Positions 39,695 to 53,266 are shown, counted from the stretch's first letter. The stretch: DNA of 64,000 nt from Octopus sinensis (GCF_006345805.1 NC_043001.1:91946001-92010000), one strand, 5' to 3'. Notes: generated by a model not told the origin, from the sequence alone. Program-made: numbers and translations.

Positions 39695-40320
39695 AATAAT
39701 AATGAAATTATTGTATACACTGCTCAGGTGCACCACAACTTGTCAAAAGTGCGTTTAAAGCATATGCAGTGATGTACGAATCTCTGGGAAGTAAACAGTG
39801 TATGAGTCAGATACATGCTTGCGTGCGTATGGAGGGGAGGAAATCAGGTGCAGTGTTGTAAACATGCTCACGGGTGTTAGACTGGAAGCAAAGAAGTTTT
39901 GAAGGATGCAGTGCTCCGACAACTAACAACTGATGCCGGCAGTTTGTTCCATACTTCAGCAACTCTTAGCGTGAAAAAATGTTTCCGAAAGTCATGGGAG
40001 CTGTGCTGTTTTCTGACTTTGTAAACATGCTAACGGGTGTTAGACAGGTGGAGTTTGAAAAGGTGCTCAGAGTTATTGTTAGTAAGATGGTTAATAATTT
40101 TATGGGTGCCTTCCAAGTCAGTTGCCAGACGTCGGAGTTTCAATGTATCCATGCCCAGGGAAGTAAGGCGTTCAGAATATGGCAAATACCTGATGGAAGA
40201 TATTCTCTTGGTTGCACGTCGCTGAACGGTTTCCAGACGATTAATATCCTGGGCAAGATAAGGGTTCCAGACCGGTGATGCAAATTCCAGGTGAGGCCGC
40301 ACCATAGCTATCTAAAGCCT
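39695..40320 (-). mobile_element. 5'-truncated CR1-clade LINE
   Basis: VRPHLEFASPVWNPY..LETVQRRATK..YSERL..L..RR, then HFFTLRVAEVWNKLP. It has a 3' UTR and an ATT-rich tail. Confidence 0.85.
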
Positions 40321-40539
40321 CAGATAGATAGCCGGAGAGCGGCTCACAAAGGACTTGGTGAGTGATGCCAAGACACCCTCAGCTTTCTTGACAATTGTAT
40401 TTTCCAGCAATTTTCCGCTTTTATACTACATTGGTTTACCTAAAGTCTTTACTGTGAGTCCAGTAAAAGGGTTTTCATGGACATATTTCGCATAACAAAG
40501 GAAAAAGTGCTCTTGGTATTTATAGGATTCCGGAAGGCA

Positions 40540-40750
40540 ACAACCTGTCAGTATCGTTAGAGTGTTGAAAAAAAAACTTGCGTTATTTCTTCCTGCTCTT
40601 TACGTTCTGTGTTCGAGTCCTACCGGGAGTTCAATTTACCTTTCATTCTTTCGGGGTAAAAAAAAATAAAGTACCAGTTCAGTACTGCAAGCGATGATGT
40701 TGATTCACTTCTCCCCTCAAAATTGTTAGCCTTGTGTTGAAATAAGAAAA
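40540..40750 (+). mobile_element. Degenerate SINE family A2
   Basis: Matches the A body and the A2 tail with high divergence. Confidence 0.6.
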
Positions 40751-40961
40751 CATTAATAGGACTCCGGCAAAAATATTCAAACTAGAAGGAAACCCGGTAT
40801 TAAATAATCGAAATGATCTGATTTATAATCTCTGGGAAAACCATACTGTTCCTTAAGATTAGGAAAATGGGTTGTTGAAGGTGTTCTACCATGCAAAATA
40901 TGGGGAAAGGTTAAGAGGTAATTCTCGAGGTATTTTCTGTTGGGGAGAAAATACAAGCAGA

Positions 40962-41118
40962 ATTCAGTGCTATATTTAAGAGATGAGGAATTATGTACAT
41001 TATTTACATTATTTACATTCGACGGATATTTGTCCTCATCTTTTTTGTGTTAAAAACAAAGTAGATGAGGACAAATATCCGTCGAATGTAAATAATGTAA
41101 ATAATGTAAATAATGTAC
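40962..41118. repeat. Foldback of two head-to-head 3' fragments of SINE family H
   Basis: Perfect 45-bp inverted repeat at 40997-41041 and 41063-41107 with a 21-nt spacer. The arms match 60301-60372. Confidence 0.9.
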
Positions 41119-41289
41119 GAGCAGAATTATTCTTCGAAGTCTTATTGAACACGCTGGAATTTTTTTTCTACCTGAGTCTTAATCAGGATAATAACATAAA
41201 CGAAAACTAGAAAGAAGCTCTTGGCATTTATAGTATTCAGGTTGTAGGAGGAACCTATGACCACTGACATGATATTTTCGGCTTCTCAC

Positions 41290-41498
41290 TCTTTTACCGA
41301 ACCCCTAAGTTACGGGGACGTAAACACACCGACACTGGTTGTCAAGTGATGGTGGGGGGACTAACACAGACACAAACACACACACATACATTACATACAT
41401 ACATACATGCATGCATACATACATACATACATACATACATACATACATACATACATACACACATACATACATACATACATACATACACACATATATAC

Positions 41499-41558
<60 letters not shown>

Positions 41559-42008
41559 CATACATACATACATACATACATACATACATACATAGTACAT
41601 ACACACATATATACATACATACATACATACATACATACATACATACATACATACATACATACATACATACATACATACATACATACATACACACACATAC
41701 ATACATACACACATACATACACACATACATACATACATACATACATACATACATACATACATACATACATACACACATACATACATACATACATACATAC
41801 ATGCATACATACATACATACACACATACATACATACACACATACATACACACATACATACATACATACATACATACACACATATATACATACACACATAC
41901 ATACATACATACATACATACATACATACATACATACATACATACATACATACACACATACATACATACACACATACATACATACATACATACATACACAC
42001 ATACATAC

Positions 42009-42039
<31 letters not shown>

Positions 42040-42045
42040 CATACA

Positions 42046-42079
<34 letters not shown>

Positions 42080-42080
42080 C

Positions 42081-42111
<31 letters not shown>

Positions 42112-42242
42112 CATACACACATACATACATACATACATACACACATACATACATACATACATACATACATACATACATACATACATACATACACACATAT
42201 ATACTTACATACATACATACATACATACATGCATGCATACAT

Positions 42243-42273
<31 letters not shown>

Positions 42274-42385
42274 TACATTACATACATACATACATGCATG
42301 CATACATACATACATACATACATACATACATACATACATACATACACACATACATACATACATACATACATACACACATATATAC

Positions 42386-42440
<55 letters not shown>

Positions 42441-42441
42441 C

Positions 42442-42472
<31 letters not shown>

Positions 42473-42501
42473 CATACATACATACATACACACATATATA
42501 C

Positions 42502-42532
<31 letters not shown>

Positions 42533-42897
42533 CATACATACATACATACATACATACATACATACATACATACATACATACACACATACATACATACACA
42601 CATACATACACACATACATACATACATACATACATACATACATACATACATACATACATACACACATACATACATACATACATACATACATGCATACATA
42701 CATACATACACACATACATACATACACACATACATACACACATACATACATACATACATACATACACACATATATACTTACACACATACATACATACATA
42801 CATACATACATACATACATACATACATACATACATACATACACACATACATACATACACACATACATACATACATACATACATACACACATACATAC

Positions 42898-42928
<31 letters not shown>

Positions 42929-42934
42929 CATACA

Positions 42935-42968
<34 letters not shown>

Positions 42969-42969
42969 C

Positions 42970-43000
<31 letters not shown>

Positions 43001-43131
43001 CATACACACATACATACATACATACATACACACATACATACATACATACATACATACATACATACATACATACATACATACACACATATATACTTACATA
43101 CATACATACATACATACATGCATGCATACAT

Positions 43132-43162
<31 letters not shown>

Positions 43163-43226
43163 TACATACATACATACATACATACATACATACATACATA
43201 CATACATACATACACACATACACACA

Positions 43227-43260
<34 letters not shown>

Positions 43261-43440
43261 CATACATACATACATACATACATACATACATACATACACA
43301 TATATACTTACATTCATACATATGTATTCATGTATATATGACGGGATTCTTTCAGCTTCCGTCTATCAAATCCATTCACAAGACTAGTCGGCCCGAGGGT
43401 AGAGCAGAAGATACCTGTCCAAAGTGCTACGCAACGGGGA
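41290..43440 (-). mobile_element. SINE family B whose internal microsatellite has expanded to ~2 kb of (CATA)n
   Basis: The B tail half is at 41290-41375 and the CORE-like half is at 43335-43440, with CATA/CA repeats between. Confidence 0.88.
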
Positions 43441-44253
43441 AAAAAGAAAAGAAAAATCAATTAGCAGATTCGAGACTTTTATTGTCGCTTTATGGATCTG
43501 CTAAAACCTCTCATCCACCTAATCGTGATGTCTTAAGAGCTTTTCTCCAAGAATATTACATGCATCATCAGGTCCTTTGAGGAGATAGGAGGGTGCTTGT
43601 TGTAATTGGTAGAGTACTTTGGCACTTTCAAGCTGTGATGATGGTAAAACAAGGCGATCTAAGATTTCGTATTCTATTTACAATAGGTTTTTAATTTGCT
43701 TTCATTGACTACCGAGAAGGTTATTTATATACGCCTATAACACAAGAAGTAAGTTATTCAATCTCTGTTATCTTAATTCTAAATTACATACCACTCTGTC
43801 TCTGATAAGAGAACTCTTGTACTCTGATGACTCTAACATTATCTCACACAATGAATATTATCTTCAAATACTTAGGGATAAAAATTCGTTTCCATGTAAC
43901 ATGTTAGGTGTCACAGTACACATACATAGATACATACATACATGCATACATGCATACATGCATACATATATATATATAAATACAGATATGTATATACATA
44001 TGTATATGTGTATATATATATATATGTAAATACAGATATGTATATACATATGTATATACATATACGTATGCAGGTATATACGAATAAAAATACATACACA
44101 CACACACGCACACACACGCACGCACACACGCACGCACACACGCACACACACGCACGCACACACGCACGCACACACGCACACACGCACGCACACACGCACA
44201 CACGCACACACACATATGTATACACACACACATATGTATACACACACACATAT

Positions 44254-44664
44254 AGCGCAAGAGTGGCTTTGTGGTGAGTAGCTTGCTTACCAACCACACG
44301 GTTCTGTGTTCAGGCCACTGCGTGGCACCTTGGGCAAGTGTTTCTACTATATAGCCTCGGGCCAACCAAAGCCTTGTGAGTAGTTTTGATAGACGGAAAC
44401 TGAAAGCCCGTCGTGTATATATATATATATATATGAGTGTGTGTGTGTGTGTTCGAGTGTATGTTTGTATGTCTGTGTTTCTCCCTCATCATCGCTTGAC
44501 ACCCGATTTTGGTATACTTGCGTCTCCGTAAACTAGCGGTTCGGTAAAAGAGTCCGATATAATAAGCACTAGGCTTACAAAGAATAAGTCCTGGGGTCAA
44601 TTTGTTCGACTAAAGGCGGTACTCCAGCATGGCTGCAGTTAGGATGACTGAAATAAATAAAAGA
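44254..44664 (+). mobile_element. SINE family B, full length
   Basis: Head, CORE-like region, internal TA/TG tract and tail. Confidence 0.9.
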
Positions 44665-44671
44665 ACATATG

Positions 44672-45503
44672 TGGTGTGCAAGAGAGACGTTTGCGCTGGT
44701 ATGGTCATGTGACGAGAATGGCTGAAGATAGTTGTGTGCGAAAGTGCCACACCCTAGCAGTTGAGGGAACCTGTGGAAGAGGCAGACCCAGGAAAACATG
44801 GGACGAGGTGGTGAAGCACGACCTTCGAACTTTAGGTCTCACCAAGGAAATGACTAGAGACCGAGACCTATGGAGGTATGCTGTGCGTGAGAAGACCCGG
44901 CAGGACCAGTGAGAACATAGCCTGTGGCCTACATACCTTTCCTTCTTGGGACACAAAACTCCATTGTGAAGACCCGTTGAGACAAGTGAAAATCAAAATC
45001 AAACCAAATCAAATCAGATATCGGAAAGCAGAGCCAGAATCGAAGTCGATCAACATCAATGGAAATCGCAGCTGTGGTTAAGCGAACCATCCGATGTTGC
45101 CAGCGCCTCCCCGACTGGCCTTCGTGCCGGTGGCACGTAAAAGCACCATCCGTTCGTATCCGTTGCCAGCCTCGCCTGGCCCCCGTGCCGGTGGCACGTA
45201 GCACAATCCGTTCGTGGCCGTTGCCAGCCTCGCCTGGCCCCCGTGCCGGTGGCACGTAAAAGCACCATCCGTTCGTGGCCGTTTGCCAGCTCCGTCTGGC
45301 ACCTGTGCGGGTGGCACGTAAAAAGCACCCACTACACTCACGGAGTGGTTGGCGTTAGGAAGGGCATCCAGCCGTAGAAACACTGCCAGGTCAGACTGGG
45401 CCTGATGCAGCCTTCTGGCTTCACAGACCCCAGTTGAACCGTCCAACCCATGCTAGCATGGAAAGTGGACGCTAAATGATGATGATGAGGATGATGATGA
45501 TGA
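44672..45503 (+). mobile_element. 5'-truncated RTE-clade LINE with tandem repeats in the 3' UTR and a (GAT)n tail
   Basis: QERRLRWYGHVTRM..GRGRPRKTWDEVV..DRDLWR (44676-44912). Four ~60-bp units lie at 45090-45330. Confidence 0.88.
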
Positions 45504-45766
45504 TATATATATATATATACATATATATTTGGCGGTGCCCCAGCATGGCCACATTCGATAGACTTGAATAAGCTAAACAATAATGCACACACATTTAAGT
45601 GCTTTTGCCATTTACTTACATATCCTATACCCCATGCATACATAAACACACACACACACACACACACAAAAAAAAACCTATACTCGCCCTTTATCGATAT
45701 GTACCGCATAACTTAGGTGTACTGCACATATAAAACCCCTCACATGCACAGAGATAAGCAAACAAA

Positions 45767-45803
<37 letters not shown>

Positions 45804-45991
45804 TGGCACAGTCACACATCCCCACGTCTACAGACTACATAATACTTATGGTAGAGTATACAAGGTCACAAAATCAGATGATGTAATGTTGTGTGCGACA
45901 AACACACTGCGAAAGTAGGTCCGGAACGATAAAGAAGGAAGGTGACCTCATATTTTTTTATATGGGGCTCGTATCTAAACACACACACACA

Positions 45992-46033
<42 letters not shown>

Positions 46034-46344
46034 TGACACGAGCGCTCGTACGCAGGTGCACAGAGACGTAGACACACGCGTACAAACAAGCAAACACATG
46101 AACACGCACAGAGGAACAGACAAATGGATTAAATACTTTATATTTAAGATAACAGTAAGGACGTTAAGTATAAAAGCATTTATACTTATATATTTACTTA
46201 TTCCACGTTTTCGTGATGTACACTATCTTTTAATGGATATTTTAAACTATTATTGATCCGGAAGGAAAATACGACCCTGGTCATCTCTGATTAAACAGAC
46301 CTTTAATCAAAGTGTTTCATTCTTATAGCTTATATATTTTATAT

Positions 46345-46560
46345 TTTATCTTTAGCTTGTTTCAGTCAATATACTGCGGTCATGCTGGAGCACCGTCTTC
46401 AAGAGTTCTTAGTTGAACAAATCGACTTCAGTACTTGTTTTTTTTTTAAAGCCAGTTACTTATTCTATCGGTTTTCTTTAGCTGATAGGTTAAGTTGCGG
46501 GGACGTAAACACGCCAACACCAGTTGTCAAGTGGTAGCGAGGGGCAAAGACACACACAAA
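46345..46560 (-). mobile_element. SINE family B, 3' half
   Basis: Matches the B tail. Confidence 0.75.
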
Positions 46561-46578
46561 TATATATATATATGTATG

Positions 46579-46826
46579 TTCCTTCCCGAGCCATGCTAGG
46601 CTCATAAGGGCCGGTTTCCCGGTTTCAGTGGCGTAGAAATTCTCCACATGGATGGGATGCCTGTCCGTCACAGGATTACTCATTTTTGCCAGCTGAGTGG
46701 ACTGGAGTAACGTGAAAATGAAGTGTTTTGCTCAAGAACACAACGCATCGCCCTTTCCAGGAATCGTAACCACAACCATACGATCATGAGTTCAACATCC
46801 TAACCACTAAGCCACGCGCCTCCACT
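46579..46826 (-). mobile_element. SINE family D (tRNA head)
   Basis: Head GTGGAGGCGCGTGGCTTAGTGG; body CTCCAGTCCACTCAGCTGGCAAAAATGAGTAA; tail GAGCCTAGCATGGCTCGGGAAGG. Confidence 0.85.
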
Positions 46827-46847
46827 ATATATGTATGTGTGTATGTA

Positions 46848-47866
46848 TCTCTTATTATAAAAGGCAGATTTTATCTGCCTCCCTTTGGGAGTTATACAAA
46901 TCTACAATATAGGATTTCTTCAATTACAATTTACCTAGCAATTTTAAGAGTACAATGCATCGCGTCATGCCAGGTCCAGTTTTTAAAATTTAAACTCCAA
47001 TTAAGCAAAATTTACAGAAAACTCACATTCTGGTGTGTGTGTCAAATGCTTTTCTTAGTCTGGTTTACACCACACGCAAACGCACACACAAAGGGAGCGA
47101 ATTGTTTCACTGACGCTATCACCCTTCTCCTCCTTTGTTTTTGCAAGTTTGCAGCTATTAAAGTGGAAACAGTGAATCCGACAGCGATAAAGAAAACGAA
47201 TTGGTACCTGAATGGAGTGAAAATTTAAAAACTGTTTCTTTCGGTGAGTTTTCTGAAGAAACTGGACCAAGCCACAGACTTTCCCAGAAGAGGAAAGCCT
47301 TAGACTATTTCTATTTACTTTTTCGAATGAGCCTATTTGAAATCATTACGCTAAACGTAAACAAACCGAAAGAAAGGATAGTTTGTTATTTCCCACAACC
47401 TTAAATGAAATTAAGGCCTATTTTGCCATAAATATTATTATGGGTATCAGAAAGTTACCCAGAATAACAAATTCTATCGTAAAATTTTGTTGTATACCCA
47501 ATTGAATATTAGCTAATAACCCATTTTCTATAGCGATGTTTGAACAAAATTTTAATAATTTTACAGAAAGTTACCCAGAATAACAAACGAGCCCTTCTGG
47601 GTATTAGCGCGCGTCTACGATGAGTCTACGATTTTAAAAAAAATTACCATCATATTTTTTAATTTTAATGCATCTTTTTCGCTTTTATATAAGGGAAGTA
47701 ACTCTCTAAAAATATCTACGATGTGTCAACGATTTAAAGAAAAATTTACCTTAATTTTTTTTCAATTTCTAATGCATTTTTTTGCTACTTTTTGGCTATA
47801 ACTCTCTAAAAATGCTTATATAGTTATTTCCCTTACAACCCGAGCAACGCCGGGCGATACTGCTAG
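46848..47866 (+). mobile_element. Non-autonomous Helitron
   Basis: A|TC start, subterminal hairpin CCCG-AGCAACGC-CGGG at 47839-47854, CTAG|T end and no TSD. Confidence 0.85.
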
Positions 47867-48244
47867 TGTATATATATAATTGCCAACCTAATTGCCCTTT
47901 GACCGATCTTTCATTAACAATGTTGTTCTTTCCCCTACTATCCATTCCGGAACTGTACCGCTCTGTAGGTAATTGTTTAATTGCGACGCGATTCTCTTGT
48001 GTATTGAATCAAACTACTTGAGCTAGTAGCCTTGATTCCGTCTGGTCCTGCCGCTTTCCAGTTTGGCAGTTTTTATATCTGTGCAATGACATCTTTCGTT
48101 GTTATGCGCGCATTGTCCTGTCGTGGAGCCTCCGAGTGATGGAGTTCGGATCTCACGGAATGAATCCACCCAGCACTGTGGTTGTGGGAAACTTCTTGCC
48201 CCCTGATGTTATTCCAAAATTGATGGGTTTCGTCTGCTTCAGGA

Positions 48245-48432
48245 GGTGAGCAATGTGTTGCTGTGGACACCAAATCATGGTACCATAGCGGCTGGAAGAC
48301 CAAAGATGTATATACAACAGCTTGCGGAAGATGTCGGATGACAAATTGAAAACCTAAAAACACCAATGTAAGGCCGGGAGGGATGGAGAAAGGAAGTCAG
48401 GCTGGCCCGGGCAATCAGCCTCACTGGATGAT
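48245..48432 (+). pseudogene. RTE-like LINE 3' terminal fragment
   Basis: VLLWTPNHG..AGRPKMYIQQLAEDVG...GREGWRKEV, followed by GATGATG. Confidence 0.6.
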
Positions 48433-48849
48433 GCCTCGATAAAAAAAAAAATAGTTAACACCTTTCTGGAAGTATCAGCTTAATGCAGTATTGCCAATTG
48501 TAATTTTAATTTAGCACGCTGGACAGAATGCTTAGCGGCATTTCGTCCGTCTCTACTTTCTGAATACCATGTTACTACCAGTTCAAATATGTTTGTGACA
48601 CATTTGGACTAATAAACAAGCCATTCACTGTGTTTTGTGATGGAGAATATTTCTTGCTGTTGACAAAGGTGTAAATACACCTACATCAGTTAACAGCGCC
48701 CAGTATCTGTAACCGAAGAGGAGATAACTATTATGAAATGCTGCATCTTACAGTCTGGAAAGGGGCTGCTGCGGACTCATCTAGGTAAACCTCTGCACCA
48801 TTGTCAACAGCGAGGAATTTTCTTCATGACAAAACACAGTGAATGAAAA

Positions 48850-49450
48850 GGCGGCGAGCTGGCAGAAACGCTAGCACGCCGGGCGAAATGCTTACCGGTC
48901 TTTCGTTTGCGTTATGTTCTGAGTTCAAATTCCGCCGAGATCGACTTTGCCTTTCATCCTTTCGGGGTCGATAAATTAAGTACCAGTTACGCACTGGGGT
49001 CGATGTAATCGACTTAATACCTATGTCTGTCCTTGTTTGTCCCCTCTGTCTTTAGCCCCTTGTGGGTAATAAAGAAATAGGTATTTCGTCTGCCGCTACG
49101 TTCTGAGTTCAAATTCCGCCGACGTCGACTTTGCCTTTCATCCTTTCCGGGTCGATTAAATAAGTACCAGTTACGCACTGGGGTCGATATAATCGACTTA
49201 ATCCGTTTGTCTGTCCTTGTTTGTTCCCTCTGTGTTTAGCCCCTTGTGGGTAGTAAAGAAATAGGTATTTTGTCTGCCGCTACGTTCTGAGTTCAAATTC
49301 CGCCGAGGTCGACTTTGTCTTTCATCCTTTCGGGGTCGATAAATTAAGTACCAATTACGCACTGGGGTCGATGTAATCGACTTAATCCGTTTGTTTGTCC
49401 TTGTTTGTCCCCTCTATGTTTAGCCCCTTGTGGGCAATAAAAAAATAAAA
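48850..49450 (+). mobile_element. SINE family A1 trimer inside a single TSD
   Basis: One head, with junctions AAAGAAATAG|GTATTT at about 49080 and 49264. TSD AAA(C/T)ACAGTGAATG at 48832-48845 and 49451-49464. Confidence 0.93.
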
Positions 49451-49877
49451 AAATACAGTGAATGGCGTTCAATATATTTGAACTGGTAATAACATTGCAG
49501 TCATACATGTCACTGCTTAACGTTCCTACTTCGTAATCTATGTTCTGAGTTCAAATTCCGCCGGGGCCGACTTTGCCTTTTATCCTTTCGGAATCGATAA
49601 AATAAGTACCAGTCAAGCACTGGGATCAATGTAACCGACTTACCCACTCCTTGAACGTGCTGGTCTTGGGCTGAAATTTGAAACCAATGTAGAATAACAA
49701 AAGAACTTTGCCCTTCAGCGCATTGAATACTTATTTGCTGTCACCTTAACTCTCTGACTCAGGATACTTGTACCTCTACACTCTCTATCTTTCTCTCTCG
49801 CTCGTTGTCTATCTGTTCTCTGTCAGTTAGTCTGTCTGCCTGCCTCCCTGTCTGCCTGCCTCTCTGTCTGTCTGTCC

Positions 49878-49933
<56 letters not shown>

Positions 49934-49972
49934 CCTCTTTCTCTCTATCTAGATATGTATATGTACGTATGC

Positions 49973-50012
<40 letters not shown>

Positions 50013-50044
50013 TTATCTGTGCATGTGTGTGTATGCAGAAGTAT

Positions 50045-50235
50045 GTGTGTCTGTGTTAGTCCTGCACCACAGCTTGGCACCCGGTGCTTGTGCGTTTACG
50101 CCCCTGCAACTTAGCGGTTCAGTAAATGTGACCGATAAAAACAAGTACCAAGCTTTAAAAGAATAAGTGCTAGGGTTGATTCGTTCAACTAAAATTGTTC
50201 AAGGCGATGCTCTAACATGGCCGCAGTCTAATGAT
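50045..50235 (+). mobile_element. SINE family B, 3' half
   Basis: Degenerate match to the B tail. Confidence 0.7.
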
Positions 50236-50774
50236 TGAAACAAGTAAAAGACTTACAGGCTTATACACACGCATACACAAACACAAACAAAAAAATGCAC
50301 ACACTGACGCACACGCACACACACACAAATACACACACACAAACACACACACACACACAAATACACACAGGCACACTCACAAAAACACACACATACACAC
50401 ACTGACGCACACGCATACACGCACAAATACACACAAAGACATACACACACAAACACACACACACACAAATACACACACAAGGCACACTCACAAAAGCACG
50501 CACATACACACAAACACACCCATACACAAGCACACACACACACGCACACACAGTCATGCTCACACACACACACACACACACACAGAGTCATATATACACA
50601 CACACACACGCACAAACGTACACCTCTACAATCCTGGCCAAAAGTTTGGACATAGGCCTGAAAATTAGAACTTTTATATTAAATGTCCAAAGTTCTATTT
50701 GGTCGGAGCGTATATTGGGTATAACAAATTTAATCTTTTAAAAATTGTTCCAAACATTTGGCCACGGCTGTAGA

Positions 50775-51038
50775 TAAATAAATAAATAAATGCGCCCTTT
50801 TAAAGCCTAGCCAGGCTCATGGGCCCCGTTTCCCCGTTTCAATAGCATATGTGTTCCCCAGCTGGACGGGACGCCAGTCCATCGCAGCATTACTCATTTT
50901 TGCCAGCCGAGTAGACTGGAGCAAAGTGAAATGAAGTGTTTTGCTCAAGAACACAACGTGTCGCCCGGTCCCGGAATCGAAACCACATTCTTACGATCAT
51001 GATGCTGATACCCCAACCACTAAGCCACGCGCCTCCAC
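50775..51038 (-). mobile_element. SINE family D with (TTTA)n tail
   Basis: Family D head and body. Its tail GAGCCTGGCTAGGCTTTAAAAGGGCGCA is shared with the chimera at 27285. Confidence 0.88.
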
Positions 51039-51111
51039 CCACGACTGTAGATAGCCACAGACAAATAGACAGGCACACAAATGAATATAGGCATGTGTAT
51101 ATTTGTAGTGA

Positions 51112-51342
51112 GTGGAGGCGCGTGGCTTAGTGGTTAGGGTACTGGATTCATAGTCGTAAGATTGTGGTTTCGATCCCTGGACCGGGCGATGTGTTGTGTT
51201 TCTGAGCAAAACACATCATTTCACGTTGCTCCAGTCCACTCAGTTGGCAAAAATGAGTAACGCTGCGACGGATCGGTGTCCCGTCCAGGTGGAGAAATTT
51301 ATACGCCAGTGAAACAGGGAAACCGGCCCTTATGAGCCTGGC
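51112..51342 (+). mobile_element. SINE family D with 13-bp TSD, head-to-head with the previous copy
   Basis: TSD ATATTTGTAGTGA at 51099-51111 and 51343-51355. Confidence 0.9.
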
Positions 51343-51377
51343 ATATTTGTAGTGAACAGACCAACTTTTAAACCGTA

Positions 51378-51949
51378 TTGGATTGTCCGGAAAGTTCGTG
51401 CCGATTTTTAAAGGAAAGAAAAAGGTCAATAAGTACTTGCCCTTACCCAAGCTTTACTAGGTGCTCATAAACGACGGATTTTGATAGGTTGAGGCTTTCT
51501 GCCAATTCTCGGGTTGTGCAATGTGGGTTATTCTCAATTAATGACTTGATTTGGTCATGATCTGTAGTGGATGGTCTCCCTGATCGCTCTTTATCAATAA
51601 GGCTACAATCTCCAGCTCGGAACCTTGCGAACCACTTCCGTACAGTTCTTTCCGATAAAGAAACATAACCGTAAACTGCGCATATTTCTTTGGTTGCTTG
51701 TGAGGCATTTTTTCCTTTACGGAAAAAGAAAAGCATCAAGTGCCGAAAATGAACGTTCTTATCTTCCATTTTAAAGGGTTACAGAATTAACAGGTTATAG
51801 GAACATAAACTTTCTTCCACGAAAAGATAGCTTAAACTGTGCTCTAATTGCAGGTGTAGTCAAATCCTATTTTATGGACTCAAACATGTTCTAAAATAAG
51901 TCGAAATGTAAGCTACTATAAATCGGCACGAACTTTCCGGACAACCCAA
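51378..51949 (-). mobile_element. Internally deleted mariner element (TA TSD, ~30-bp TIRs)
   Basis: TA|TTGGATTGTCCGGAAAGTTCGTGCCGATTT ... AAATCGGCACGAACTTTCCGGACAACCCAA|TA. Confidence 0.93.
51443..51769 (-). pseudogene. Mariner transposase N-terminal HTH region (108 aa, catalytic domain deleted)
   Basis: HFRHLMLFFFRKGKNASQA..SERTVRKWFARFRAGDCSLIDKERSGRP..TTRELAESL. Confidence 0.88.
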
Positions 51950-52322
51950 TAGATAAATGCAATTATAACCAAGATGTTCAATATGTGACACGTTGCTTAA
52001 ACTATTGCAATAAAACATTATTTCGTAATTTCTTTTATTAGCGATCATCCCTTTCTTCACCTGAGGAATTTAACAGGATAAAAGGAATAATAAAACAAAA
52101 ATAAAAATAAATTTAAAAGGCAATAAAAAAAATGGCCAACAAAATAAAAATACAAACGCACACTTAAATGTACAAACAAAGAGCCTAAGAGCTGATGCGT
52201 ACATTGTTTGTTGTCTTAAGAAATAATTTAAATAGCGGACATTGCTATCTAATATTACACGACTATTGGTTAATCATATCTAGTGTCACGATAAACCGTT
52301 TAACCAATCAAAGCCTCAAATT

Positions 52323-52362
<40 letters not shown>

Positions 52363-53266
52363 CACACACGCACGCACACACACATATACATATATGCATA
52401 CATACATACATACATACATACTTATCAATAGTTGTTGACATCGTTAAGATCTGTCTATAAATAGACAAAATATATTATTAGCTAAGAGCTTTATTTAAAT
52501 ACGTGCAAAAGAAAAAAAAAAAGCCCATTACATATGTAGGAGCAAGGTAGATACTAGAGAATATATTAGCCAGAACGGGTAGGAGGTGGGTGTGGCGCAG
52601 GTTTAATTTGTTGTTTTTGTAGTTGTTGTTTGTTTGAAATAAAAGGTTAAGGCTGTAAGCGAGGGAATCAAACATTTCTAAATCACACGTTGTTGAGTCA
52701 TGGGAAACGGATCGCATTGTAATTATTATTATCGTTGCTGCTGTTGGTTTGTGTTGTTGTAGTTGATTGTCTTCTTACCATTGTTATTATCTGCAACAGA
52801 AATGCATACTACTACTACTACTACTGCTACGACTGCTGCTGCTGCTGCAGGTGTTGGGTTTTTCCATTTTGCCAATTACTGAAAATTAAAAAGCACATTA
52901 CATCATCCTGCACGCATACGTATATCTATATTATGGGCATATGTTTTCCAAGAAACCGCGAAGAAAATTAATCACTAGTAAAAAAAAATAAATTACCATC
53001 ATCAAAAAAGAAAGGCACACTCCTAGAAGAAACGGTGCATTCGTTGAGCTAGAAGCATCACAGAAGCAGGAGATTCCCCAAAACTACCCTCAACTCCTGC
53101 CGCAGTGGAAACTCTGCAACCTTAGTGCGGTCATAGATGCATCTGTATGAGAGGGTGGCGGTGGCTCCCTCCCCCAGCTTTTGTGCACCACACTAACGCG
53201 TCTTTAGCATTGTGGGTTGCTATCTGGTTCCTTCCTCCCCGATGACGCTACAGTAATGGTCAAGAG

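Noticed and set aside
39858-40045. 25-bp direct repeat GTAAACATGCT(C/A)ACGGGTGTTAGAC within the CR1 fragment
   Set aside because: This is a small local duplication in a dead LINE, with no evidence of function.
41339-43580. 682-aa and 744-aa ORFs (HTYI repeats) and their antisense counterparts
   Set aside because: They are stop-free read-through of a (CATA)n microsatellite with no coding signal. The same applies to most His/Thr/Tyr/Ile/Val/Cys-rich ORFs in the track.
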